A stretch of 38,576 bases of DNA from a virus (Duplodnaviria; Caudoviricetes), in IMG/VR virus record IMGVR_UViG_3300031802_000004, positions 1-38,576 of that record. The stretch is one strand, 5' to 3'. Of this stretch, positions 16,938 to 25,281 are shown in pieces (positions within the stretch are counted from its first letter, which is position 1; every line of letters starts with the position of its first letter). Under the pieces are notes generated by a model that saw only the letters and a list, made by a program, of their open reading frames with translations, was not told the origin of the DNA and did not search any database. The position numbers were made by a program, and so were the translations under genes.

Positions 16938-17567
16938 TTAAAATTGTTGAGGCCCATAGTCTCTATAATTAAAATGTATATTTGCCGACATAGATCTTCG
17001 GATCCCTTCTCCTTTAAAAGGCATAACAGTATGTGATAGCCAGCCTGGAAAAAAATAACAATCTCCTACTTTTGGTAATCTAACAAATCCTGTTTTTACA
17101 AACTTTTGTTGCCGGCCGTCGAGCCAGGTAATCAGTCCATCTATGTTTTCTTCAGTAATACAGTCAGGAACTTTTAAATATGCAATCATTGATATAAGAG
17201 AAGGTGCATGTTCATGTATAGGATTCCATTCATGTTCTACCATATCATTAATCCATGCGGAAGTAATTTCAAAAGAGTTAGGAACAAGTTCTCCTCTATC
17301 ATCTGTTAATCTAGACACATATTTTTCTATTTGATTATAGAACCATCCTTGAAGGTTCATATTTTGCCAAATTCCAGGCGCATCAGAAATAACTACTCTT
17401 TTTTCTAATTCAATATGTCCTACAAGATTTGGTCTATACTCTTTTTCTATAGAAAGTTTTTCATCATTTACTACTTCATCCATATATTCATTTAACTTGT
17501 CTATATATTCTGATGGTATATCAACACGCATAATTGTTGGACCAAACGGTGTAAAAAATTCTGTCAT
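16938..17567 (-). CDS. putative 2OG-Fe(II) oxygenase
   Basis: PFGPTI, SAWIN, EWNPIHEH, YLKVP, FFPGWLSHTVMPF, RRSMSAN. Confidence 0.85.
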   Translation of the reverse strand: MTEFFTPFGPTIMRVDIPSEYIDKLNEYMDEVVNDEKLSIEKEYRPNLVGHIELEKRVVISDAPGIWQNMNLQGWFYNQIEKYVSRLTDDRGELVPNSFEITSAWINDMVEHEWNPIHEHAPSLISMIAYLKVPDCITEENIDGLITWLDGRQQKFVKTGFVRLPKVGDCYFFPGWLSHTVMPFKGEGIRRSMSANIHFNYRDYGPQQF

Positions 17568-18475
17568 ATTACTTCTCCAATAACTTTTGCATCTTTAATA
17601 TGATCTAAAATTTTATCAGTTTCTTTTGCTACTAACAACATTCCCCATCCACAATTAAACGTGCTTTCAAATTCTGCTTTACTAAATTTAGTTTTCTTAT
17701 ATAGTTCTTGCCACTGTTCGGTATATTTAAACTTTAATTTATAACTAGTTCCTTTTGGAAGAACACGCGGCAAGTTACCATGTATACCTCCTCCGGTAAT
17801 ATGTGCTAATGCATTAATATGTTTTATTACCGGTAATACATCATGTATGTATATCCTAGTAGGAGTTAACATCTCTTCTGTGTATTCTTTATAAAGTTTT
17901 CTTATGAGACTAAATCCATTACTATGTAAGCCACTACTAGGTATTCCTATTATATGATCTCCTACTTTAACATTTTTAGGACGCACATCTTGTACATGTA
18001 CTAAACCAATTGCAAACCCTGCTAAATCAAAATTTGACTTTGTATATACTCCTGGCATTTCGGCAGTTTCGCCTCCTACCAATTGGCAGTCTGCTATTTC
18101 ACATCCTCGTTGTATTCCTTTAAGTATTTCTTTACTTTTCGTTAGTACTAATTTTCCTGTTGCATAATAATCTAAAAAAGCAAAAGGTGTTGCTCCATGA
18201 CATATAATATCATTGACACACATAGCAACTAAATCAATACCTATAGTGTCATACTTTTTTAATTGCTCTGCTACTAATATTTTAGTGCCTACACCATCTG
18301 TACCCATTACTAGTTTACAGCCGGTATGCCAATAAGGATTATTCCATGTAGTAAACTGTGGTAATGTTTTATCGATATCAATAATAGCACCGTAACCACT
18401 TATGCCTAAATGCTTAACTAACTTATCTGCTTTACTAACATCTACGCCTGCATTTTTATATGTTATCCTAGCCAC
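17564..18475 (-). CDS. purM: phosphoribosylformylglycinamidine cyclo-ligase (AIR synthetase)
   Basis: YKNAGVD, TDGVGTK, GIDLVAMCVND, GGETAEMPG, SSGLHSNGFSL, HITGGG, TFNCG. Confidence 0.97.
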   Translation of the reverse strand: MARITYKNAGVDVSKADKLVKHLGISGYGAIIDIDKTLPQFTTWNNPYWHTGCKLVMGTDGVGTKILVAEQLKKYDTIGIDLVAMCVNDIICHGATPFAFLDYYATGKLVLTKSKEILKGIQRGCEIADCQLVGGETAEMPGVYTKSNFDLAGFAIGLVHVQDVRPKNVKVGDHIIGIPSSGLHSNGFSLIRKLYKEYTEEMLTPTRIYIHDVLPVIKHINALAHITGGGIHGNLPRVLPKGTSYKLKFKYTEQWQELYKKTKFSKAEFESTFNCGWGMLLVAKETDKILDHIKDAKVIGEVI

Positions 18476-18669
18476 TTTTCCATTGTACCGCGTTTCGATT
18501 GTATTACTTTTTTACAATTTGCACAAAATGTATCTTTGTCGTTTATTTCGTCAGGGTAACCGGATGGAAAGTCTTTTTTAGTATACCATTTCCAAAATCG
18601 ATTATGCCTGTACATTACTGATCCACGTTGTAATATTTCTTTACACCGTCGACACTTTTTAACCGTCAC
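18463..18669 (-). CDS. small zinc-finger protein
   Basis: CRRC...FCANC; overlaps both neighbours. Confidence 0.6.
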   Translation of the reverse strand: MTVKKCRRCKEILQRGSVMYRHNRFWKWYTKKDFPSGYPDEINDKDTFCANCKKVIQSKRGTMEKWLG

Positions 18670-19277
18670 TGTTTTTTTTTAATTTTCTTTTTAGGGTTAG
18701 TAACTAACTTGTATATTTCTTTCCAATTTTTAACAAGAGGAATATCTCCTGCATAATCCATGTTGTGACCATGTTCCATAATTATACTATTGAGACCCAA
18801 TTTTGATCCAGTTTCTGCATTTGCAATTTTGTCTTCTATCCACCAACAGTTTGAATCCTTATAAGGTAAAAGTTCTTCGTCTTTGTCTTCCCCTGTTCCT
18901 AAACATACAATTTTTTCAAACGTTGTTTCGCCAAATAACTTATATAAGTTTCGTTGTCTTAAATTAATAGCATGTTGATTTGTACTTAAAGAAGTTATTG
19001 CGTGAAATACATAACCATGTTCTTCATGTAATTTTTTTACATAATACATTGCATCTCTAAGGGGAGGGAGGAATCCTATTGCGGCACTTTGATTAAAAAA
19101 GTTTATAAATCGTTTTCCTTCTTTTGGGTCTATACCAAATCGTTTGCCTACACAATATTTAAATTCATGCCCTTCAGCCGCCATTTGTCCATGTTCTTCC
19201 ATCCAGGTATGAAACGCGAATTCCCAATTTAACAGAACTCCATCTACATCTGTTAATATTACTTTGTCCGTTTTCAT
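18666..19277 (-). CDS. HAD-family 5'-nucleotidase-like protein (T4 30.2-like)
   Basis: ILTDVDGVLLNW, ITS, K, WIEDK..NA; start placed at MKTDK. Confidence 0.82.
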   Translation of the reverse strand: MKTDKVILTDVDGVLLNWEFAFHTWMEEHGQMAAEGHEFKYCVGKRFGIDPKEGKRFINFFNQSAAIGFLPPLRDAMYYVKKLHEEHGYVFHAITSLSTNQHAINLRQRNLYKLFGETTFEKIVCLGTGEDKDEELLPYKDSNCWWIEDKIANAETGSKLGLNSIIMEHGHNMDYAGDIPLVKNWKEIYKLVTNPKKKIKKKQ

Positions 19278-19362
19278 AAATTTATTTTGCAGTGAATATA
19301 GTTCTAGCGTCGATGTCATCAACACTATTTAAGATCATATTTATATCAATAATCAATGCGTA

Positions 19363-19560
19363 TTATGATCCATAATCATTCGAAACTTTCTTAGACCATC
19401 CTGGTCCTTTTAAAACAAAGGTTGATGTTGATACCATTTTTTTCAAAGACTTTTTACCACAATGTGGACAATATACTAAAGGATCTTCACTCAGTTTTTG
19501 TATACATTCTATTTCAAGTCCACAATTTTTTCTCTTACATTTATACTCGTAAGTTGGCAT
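19363..19560 (-). CDS. FmdB-family zinc ribbon protein
   Basis: MPTYEYKC..CG...CPHCG...FVLKGPGW. Confidence 0.88.
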   Translation of the reverse strand: MPTYEYKCKRKNCGLEIECIQKLSEDPLVYCPHCGKKSLKKMVSTSTFVLKGPGWSKKVSNDYGS

Positions 19561-19915
19561 TCCTTTCTCCTATTAAATCTAATATATTAGTAAAACCTTT
19601 TAAAGGCAATGCTGAACTATTAAATACTTTTCCTACTGCAAGAGGATTAATCATCATGAATAATTCAAAATTTCTACAAATATCTTGAAATTCCTCTATA
19701 GAAATTCCTGGATCTTTTATTGCATTACGAATATCTCTAAAAAATTGTGCAGTTTGTTCTGTAATAATTTTAGATTCCTCGTCCGCTTCTAAATCCATTA
19801 TAACTGCTTCTATACCTGATTTACTTATTTGTTCAATATATTTTTTAGGATCGGTTAATATAGCATCTACATAACCGTCATCTTCGTCTATATAATAAAT
19901 TCTATGTGTTGCCAT
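19541..19915 (-). CDS. hypothetical protein
   Basis: ORF starting 6 nt after tRNA-Glu. Confidence 0.7.
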   Translation of the reverse strand: MATHRIYYIDEDDGYVDAILTDPKKYIEQISKSGIEAVIMDLEADEESKIITEQTAQFFRDIRNAIKDPGISIEEFQDICRNFELFMMINPLAVGKVFNSSALPLKGFTNILDLIGERNANLRV

Positions 19916-19921
19916 ATTATG

Positions 19922-19996
19922 TGGTACTCCGACCCGGAATCGAACCGAGATTGTCGCCGTGAAAGGGCGATGTCCTAACCATTAGACGACCGGAGC
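19922..19996 (-). tRNA. tRNA-Glu(TTC)
   Basis: GCTCCGG/TCGGAGT acceptor, loop CTTTCAC, CCA. Confidence 0.95.
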
Positions 19997-20001
19997 ATGT
20001 A

Positions 20002-20190
20002 TTATCCATGTAATAGTTGTTGTGCGTGTGCTCGTATATCATCTATTAGATAATTAATCCTTTGTTGATGTGCTTCATTATCTTCTTCCCCTGCTTGCCA
20101 ATTAATAATTTCTTCCAACGTAATTGACTTTCTATGCATTACCCTTATAACTTTAATAAAGTCATCTATACTATGATATTTATAAGCCAT
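20002..20190 (-). CDS. hypothetical protein
   Basis: ORF overlapping the upstream gene. Confidence 0.65.
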   Translation of the reverse strand: MAYKYHSIDDFIKVIRVMHRKSITLEEIINWQAGEEDNEAHQQRINYLIDDIRAHAQQLLHG

Positions 20191-20497
20191 TATTTAATTC
20201 AGGGAATATTTCTTTGATGATATCTGTTGCGCGGTTTATATCATCTTCACTATATACACTTCTAACTCGTGATCTAGGTGCGTCTTTTCCTCTATCGATT
20301 ACTTCGTTTTTTGCTAATGTAAATACCTGCCGTTTATTAAGGGTTTCTAAATAATTAACAGGATTAAAAGAGTCTGCAGCTGCATTAGCAAATGCTAATG
20401 CACTTAATGAATAGAGCACTATATCATCCAAACACATTGGTACTATTAATTTGGCTGTTATCCGCTTAATGCCGTCCTCACATGCGTGACTTCTCAT
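20180..20497 (-). CDS. hypothetical protein
   Basis: ORF behind a sigma70-type promoter. Confidence 0.7.
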   Translation of the reverse strand: MRSHACEDGIKRITAKLIVPMCLDDIVLYSLSALAFANAAADSFNPVNYLETLNKRQVFTLAKNEVIDRGKDAPRSRVRSVYSEDDINRATDIIKEIFPELNNGL

Positions 20498-20506
20498 AAC
20501 ATATTA

Positions 20507-20535
20507 ATAATACTATCATATGAAGGATTTGTCAA
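20507..20535 (-). promoter_or_regulatory. sigma70-type promoter
   Basis: TTGACA-17 nt-TATTAT. Confidence 0.7.
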
Positions 20536-20552
20536 CCAAAGCGTCTTGCCAT

Positions 20553-20772
20553 AAAAAAAGGGGGATTTTTGTTAACAAGGATTATCCCGAACCCCGAACT
20601 AGCGATTTATGCCGCTAGTTTATACTCATAAACGTCGTTGTTGGCGTTTAATAGGTTGTGTATCTCTTTACTGCTTTCCTTGCCCTGTCGAATCTATTTC
20701 GCCCCCATGTGGTGGAGGCGGCCGGTACTGCCCCGGCGTCCAAAACCTCTACTTGCAGTACGTCATCAATAC
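20553..20772 (-). ncRNA. ssrA: permuted two-piece tmRNA (alphaproteobacterial type), tag (A)ANNDVYEYKLAA
   Basis: Order is T arm GCCGG-GGCAGTA-CCGGC, CGCCTCC-A-CCA (ends 20710), CAT spacer, then GGGGGCG-AAATAGATTCGAC (starts 20706). G3:U70 pair. Tag ORF 20645-20607 ends LAA-TAA. 3' U-tract. 5' end approximate. Confidence 0.92.
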
Positions 20773-20852
20773 AATATTACTTATGATCTATGTATTAAAT
20801 CGCCCGTATATAGCGTCTAAAACGCTCACTGTGCGTTTCTTTAGTTAAATAT

Positions 20853-21269
20853 GTGTACAAGTACCCATTACGTTCGGGGGAGAAAATGGCATTGCCTTCT
20901 TACTTAACAATAAGGCACGTAGAATTAAAACCAGGTCCTATACCCACGAAAATTTGGATCTTATGTGCATCTAAGGACATACAACATAAAAAAATGGTAG
21001 GTCCTGCATTCGTATCTCACCCCCATATTCATGTAGGTAAAAGACCCGGCTATGCTGGCGAAGGCTCTTGGATAACAACAACATTGGGTGAACTTCTTAC
21101 TGAATCTGACAATCCTAATTGTCAATTATGGGATGTTATGTTATCTGGCGGATGGGATTGGGGATTACGATATGAGAATGCTTGGTGTAGATGTTTGAAT
21201 ATAATTTGTCCAATAATAATAGGAGAACCGTTAACGGTAAAGTTAGGTGATATCGAAAAAAGAGATTAA
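20853..21269 (+). CDS. hypothetical protein (likely start MALPS at 20887)
   Basis: GGAG SD before the ATG; no competing long minus-strand ORF. Confidence 0.65.
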   Translation: MYKYPLRSGEKMALPSYLTIRHVELKPGPIPTKIWILCASKDIQHKKMVGPAFVSHPHIHVGKRPGYAGEGSWITTTLGELLTESDNPNCQLWDVMLSGGWDWGLRYENAWCRCLNIICPIIIGEPLTVKLGDIEKRD

Positions 21270-21429
21270 AGAACAAATAAAACGAGTAGAACTTGATATC
21301 GAATATATTAAGGCGTACGATAAAAACCTTAGTAAGTATGGTAACCAATTACTACAAGAAAAAATAATTATGTTAGATAATTTACAATACGTTGAAAGTA
21401 GATTAGATGAACCATGTGGTATGCGTTAA
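21247..21429 (+). CDS. small hypothetical coiled-coil protein
   Basis: Overlaps the previous ORF and ends exactly at the convergent gene. Confidence 0.5.
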   Translation: MISKKEIKEQIKRVELDIEYIKAYDKNLSKYGNQLLQEKIIMLDNLQYVESRLDEPCGMR

Positions 21430-23577
21430 TTAAGGATCTAATCCATAATTTACAGTTTCACTTGCTGGTTGATATCGTAAATGTATCGTCCAATTAATTT
21501 GTTTGCCTGTTTCTCCATAAACTTTAAACACCAAATTATTAGTTAAAACTTCTACCGAAACATCCCACTGTGTAGCATTGTTTTGATAAACTGTTTTTGC
21601 AGCTGGTCCTACTAATCCTACTGTACCTAAAGTATTATCTACAAGACCTTCTAACTTAAATGCGTTGCGTTCAACAGTTCCGCCCGTTCTTCTTGCTAAA
21701 AATGTTGCTGTAAAGAACCAACATTCATCTGTAGCAGGAGTAATAGTTTCTGAATAAATTCCATCTTGCGATGTATCCCATAATATAATAACAGCACCTG
21801 CAGCTGTTGTTAATGCTCTACTTTTAAGTAAATATTCATCTCCGCTAATAAAAATATCCAGTGACCTTTGTTCTATTCTAACACCGTCGCCTGCAACCAA
21901 GGTTCTAAGTTTAATATCATTGGTACTAGTTTCATCATATACTTTAGCACCAGATCCAATATTGGTATGAGTATTATCTTCAGTAGCAGTTAAGTAACCT
22001 GCAAGTGCATGATTGCCCCAACCATATGCTTCATTCCAATTAGCAACATTGGTTGCTGTTATAGTTCCAGCAATCGATGCTAAAAATACAGGATCTGCTT
22101 CATCTACAAATTCTAGTGCTGTACCGCCAGTATTACTTTTTACAAATTTACTAGCAGTAATAGTACTCGGTGTATCTGTTAAGTCCGTCCATGTATCCGC
22201 TATAGAATCTAAAAATGTTTGATGTAATCCTATTGTTAATGTTTTATACGGATCTCCATCTCCTGATTCAACTATAGTAACTTTGTTAGATTCTCCTACA
22301 ACTAATTCTAATACTGCTTTATTTGCTTCCTTCTTTAAAAGTCCTGTTCCATCTGATGGAGTTTCTATAACATTTTGTAAAAACAAATCTAACTCTGCTG
22401 TGGAAGAATCTATAATAATTGTACCAGTTGAACTGGATCCTCCGGCACCGGCTGCACCCGGAACAATACCTCCTCCAGGATTTGTGCCAGCAGTACTGCC
22501 ACCAGTAACACCTATTGTACCTCCTAAACTAGGAGCAATTACATTTGATTCAAATCCTCCTAATTCAGATATATCGGATGACCATATGCCATCCGATATG
22601 CCCGGTTTAGAAGAACCTGAAGATACATAATCATTATAAGTTCCGGATTCTTTTAAATCAAAAAATGTATCAGTAATTTCTCCAGCGGCATTTTCAATAG
22701 GAAGTTTACTAGCAACTATTGGATGACGTGTAGCTTGTTGTTCTAAATTTTTTATAATATCATTATTTGCAATTGCACCCCATGGATCATTTCCACTAGG
22801 CAATGCATAATCTTTAAGTTGGCTATGCGCTGAATAAAGATTAGATGCTGTTGTTGAGGCTGCCGAAACTGTAGCTGCGGCCGGATCTCCAGCATTTTCT
22901 GTTATCATCATCGCATTAACATCTGTATCCCATGAACTTAGGCTATTCATTATTACACTAGATACAACACCAGTTGCAATTATTGTAGGTAAGTCGTCAC
23001 TAATGTCTTTAAGAAGGCCGCTACTTAATCCACTAAAATTAAAACTGCCGTCTGAATTTAAACATAAACTTATATCTATATTACCTAAAGTATCAATATG
23101 ACTTTGTGCAGGACCGAATAATGAACCCAATGCTTTATCTAATAAAGCTCCAATATTTGGTGCTGTAACCGGGTTGTCACAAAAATTAACCATTGAATAT
23201 ATAGATGCTACTTGATTTATAATATTCTGCATCCTTGCTATAGTACTGTTTACACCTAAATGATCTAATAAACCACCAAGAGTATTTTTCATGGTGTTTA
23301 ATTGATCTTGTAGACCTTCAGGCATGCCTCCGGTACCAATAAGATTACCAAGAGCAATTTCTAAACAAAGCAATTGGCCTTCATATGGATTTCGAAGACC
23401 TCCTGCTAAAATTTGACATATTATATCTCTAATAGTATTAGGTAATTGAGCCTTATCAACCAGCCTAAGATTCCCATCAGCACTTGCTGCCACAACTCCT
23501 TGTATATCGGGTAATCGGGTATTAGCAATGCTTGATAATTTTCCAGCAGTTTTTTGTAAATTTTTAAGAGTAGCCAT
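21430..23577 (-). CDS. putative virion structural protein
   Basis: 715 aa; Gly/Thr-rich linker and tail-fibre-like motifs (LTDTPS, WNEAYGWGNHALAGYL, LRTLVAG); next to PAAR. Confidence 0.65.
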   Translation of the reverse strand: MATLKNLQKTAGKLSSIANTRLPDIQGVVAASADGNLRLVDKAQLPNTIRDIICQILAGGLRNPYEGQLLCLEIALGNLIGTGGMPEGLQDQLNTMKNTLGGLLDHLGVNSTIARMQNIINQVASIYSMVNFCDNPVTAPNIGALLDKALGSLFGPAQSHIDTLGNIDISLCLNSDGSFNFSGLSSGLLKDISDDLPTIIATGVVSSVIMNSLSSWDTDVNAMMITENAGDPAAATVSAASTTASNLYSAHSQLKDYALPSGNDPWGAIANNDIIKNLEQQATRHPIVASKLPIENAAGEITDTFFDLKESGTYNDYVSSGSSKPGISDGIWSSDISELGGFESNVIAPSLGGTIGVTGGSTAGTNPGGGIVPGAAGAGGSSSTGTIIIDSSTAELDLFLQNVIETPSDGTGLLKKEANKAVLELVVGESNKVTIVESGDGDPYKTLTIGLHQTFLDSIADTWTDLTDTPSTITASKFVKSNTGGTALEFVDEADPVFLASIAGTITATNVANWNEAYGWGNHALAGYLTATEDNTHTNIGSGAKVYDETSTNDIKLRTLVAGDGVRIEQRSLDIFISGDEYLLKSRALTTAAGAVIILWDTSQDGIYSETITPATDECWFFTATFLARRTGGTVERNAFKLEGLVDNTLGTVGLVGPAAKTVYQNNATQWDVSVEVLTNNLVFKVYGETGKQINWTIHLRYQPASETVNYGLDP

Positions 23578-23585
23578 TTAAGTTC

Positions 23586-23915
23586 CTATGTACTATCAAT
23601 TATTGCCATACCGTGGTTTACATCTCCTGCAAAAACATTAGGACTCCCACTTACTCTAGTATGTCCACATGTATCCGAATCCCCTTCACAATTAACAGGA
23701 ATCATATGAGCATATACTGTTTTTCTTCCTTCTGCGGTATCCCAAATACTGCTACAATGTATTGAAGGTAACGGGCACGGTGGATGTCCCGTGCCTATTG
23801 AACCATCAACTGAAACCAGAAGTCCATTTGCATATACACTTCCTTGAGGAATAGTTGTTATAGATCCCCCGGCGGAATTTGAATCGTTCATTCGATGTAC
23901 TCGTCTACCTGACAT
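23586..23915 (-). CDS. PAAR-domain spike tip protein
   Basis: HRMND..GG, SVYANG, GHPPCP..H, EGDSDTCGH..SGSPNVFAG. Confidence 0.85.
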   Translation of the reverse strand: MSGRRVHRMNDSNSAGGSITTIPQGSVYANGLLVSVDGSIGTGHPPCPLPSIHCSSIWDTAEGRKTVYAHMIPVNCEGDSDTCGHTRVSGSPNVFAGDVNHGMAIIDST

Positions 23916-23924
23916 ACTTATTTC

Positions 23925-24242
23925 CTATGTTATTATTTGGCTACTTGGTGTTGCTAATGATATTCCTGTTGTTGCTTGAACATAAGAATCTGCTAACACT
24001 TTATTAGGTGAAATAATCATAACAACTTTATCTTTGTTTAGTGTAACATTTGGAGTTGCTGAAATATCCAAAGATACCATCATAGGAATTAATCCTACAC
24101 CTTCTGGTCCCATTGCTAATGCTAACGGCTTTCTTAATGTTATTGTGTTGTCGTCATCTTCTACCCATTGGGCAAGTACTTCATCACCACTTACAAGTTT
24201 TAATGCAACAACATCATTTTTCTTACGTTTTTCTACTAACAT
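23925..24242 (-). CDS. Sm-like fold phage protein
   Basis: VVALKLVSGDEVLA..TITLRKPLAL..GLIP pattern common in T4-like phages. Confidence 0.6.
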   Translation of the reverse strand: MLVEKRKKNDVVALKLVSGDEVLAQWVEDDDNTITLRKPLALAMGPEGVGLIPMMVSLDISATPNVTLNKDKVVMIISPNKVLADSYVQATTGISLATPSSQIIT

Positions 24243-24419
24243 TTACATTGTACTCTTTTTTTCTTGTATTTCTTTCCTACGTGATTTTGTTAATTTGCCT
24301 AGTTCACCTAGTGCTTTGCGGGCTCTCGCCGCTGATGCTTTAACGCCTTTTTCTTCGAATTTGGCAGATTCATTCATATATGAATCGAATTGTGAAATAA
24401 TTTCATCATGTATTGACAT
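24243..24419 (-). CDS. histone H1-like (Hc1-family) small basic protein
   Basis: KFEEKGVKASAARARKALGELGKLTKSRRKEIQ; GGAG SD before the ATG at 24419. Confidence 0.75.
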   Translation of the reverse strand: MSIHDEIISQFDSYMNESAKFEEKGVKASAARARKALGELGKLTKSRRKEIQEKKSTM

Positions 24420-24452
24420 TTTTATTCTCCCTTTCAACCTAACTATTTATCG

Positions 24453-24481
24453 AAAAAAAGGGAGCCTTTATGACTCCCTTC
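24453..24481 (-). terminator. intrinsic terminator
   Basis: GGGAGTC-ATAAA-GGCTCCC-TTTTTTT. Confidence 0.85.
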
Positions 24482-24562
24482 AATTTATACGCCTAATAGC
24501 GTGTATTTTAAATAATCTACGTTATGTATAATCTATTTCTTTATTATTGTATTGTACAACTA

Positions 24563-24811
24563 TTATATTTCTCTATATGCCCTAGTCATTACAACATCAT
24601 CGGGCGATTCTATATTTATTTTAAATCTACTTGGTATGGTATCTATTTTGGCTTTCACCGAGCATAAGGAAGTGATCTATCCCTTAAATTTGTTTGTCAA
24701 TATTTCATTTCCTTTCTCCCTATTGTTTACTATTTTCTCTATAGGAAATAATGTTATATTTTTGTGTTTTAGTAACTGTATCCGCCAATGAATATAGTCT
24801 ATATATTTCAT
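24563..24811 (-). pseudogene. 44-aa ORF or decayed gene (in-frame TAG followed by 37 open codons)
   Basis: ATG 24811 MKYIDYIHWRIQ...NKFKG-TAG(24677)-ITSLCS...AYREI-TAA. Confidence 0.3.
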
Positions 24812-24813
24812 TA

Positions 24814-25065
24814 TTAGATATTATCTATTATATCTTCTATCTGGTCTTTTGTCAACCGAAGCAACGACGCGGCACCATCTTCTACTACCAATGTATTGCC
24901 TTGATAAATTTGTGGTACTGTTCTGTGTCCTTGTTCTAGTATCCAATCTTTTGATGCTTGATCTGTTGATATATCTACTTCTTTATAGGTTATATCGAGT
25001 TCTTGCAAATACTCTTTAACATTAGTGCAATGGTGGCACCGTGGTGAAGTATATATGGTTAACAT
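24814..25065 (-). CDS. glutaredoxin/NrdH-like redoxin
   Basis: IYTSPRCHHC, GHRTVPQIY. Confidence 0.9.
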   Translation of the reverse strand: MLTIYTSPRCHHCTNVKEYLQELDITYKEVDISTDQASKDWILEQGHRTVPQIYQGNTLVVEDGAASLLRLTKDQIEDIIDNI

Positions 25066-25256
25066 TAATCGATATCACATCCTTTATGTTTACCATAAAA
25101 CTTTTTAATTTTAAATCCGCCCCAGGCAATTAATACCAAATTAACTGCCATTGCTGTATAAAATATCCATGGATACTGTGAAAGCCACATCCCTAATGTT
25201 GTTCCGCCTAACCCAAAAACTACTACAAACCACGGTATCACACAAACTGGACACAT
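25065..25256 (-). CDS. small two-TM membrane protein with N-terminal CxxC
   Basis: MCPVC, two hydrophobic segments, C-terminal Cys; AGGAG SD. Confidence 0.7.
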   Translation of the reverse strand: MCPVCVIPWFVVVFGLGGTTLGMWLSQYPWIFYTAMAVNLVLIAWGGFKIKKFYGKHKGCDID

Positions 25257-25281
25257 ATACTATTCTCCTGGTTGATAGTAT

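Noticed and set aside
20609-20848. Plus-strand ORFs 20609..20848 and 20638..20820
   Set aside because: They are antisense to the tmRNA.
24563-24811. Stop-codon reassignment (TAG read-through) as a genome-wide code
   Set aside because: Conserved genes are intact under the standard code, several end properly at TAG, and no suppressor tRNA is seen.
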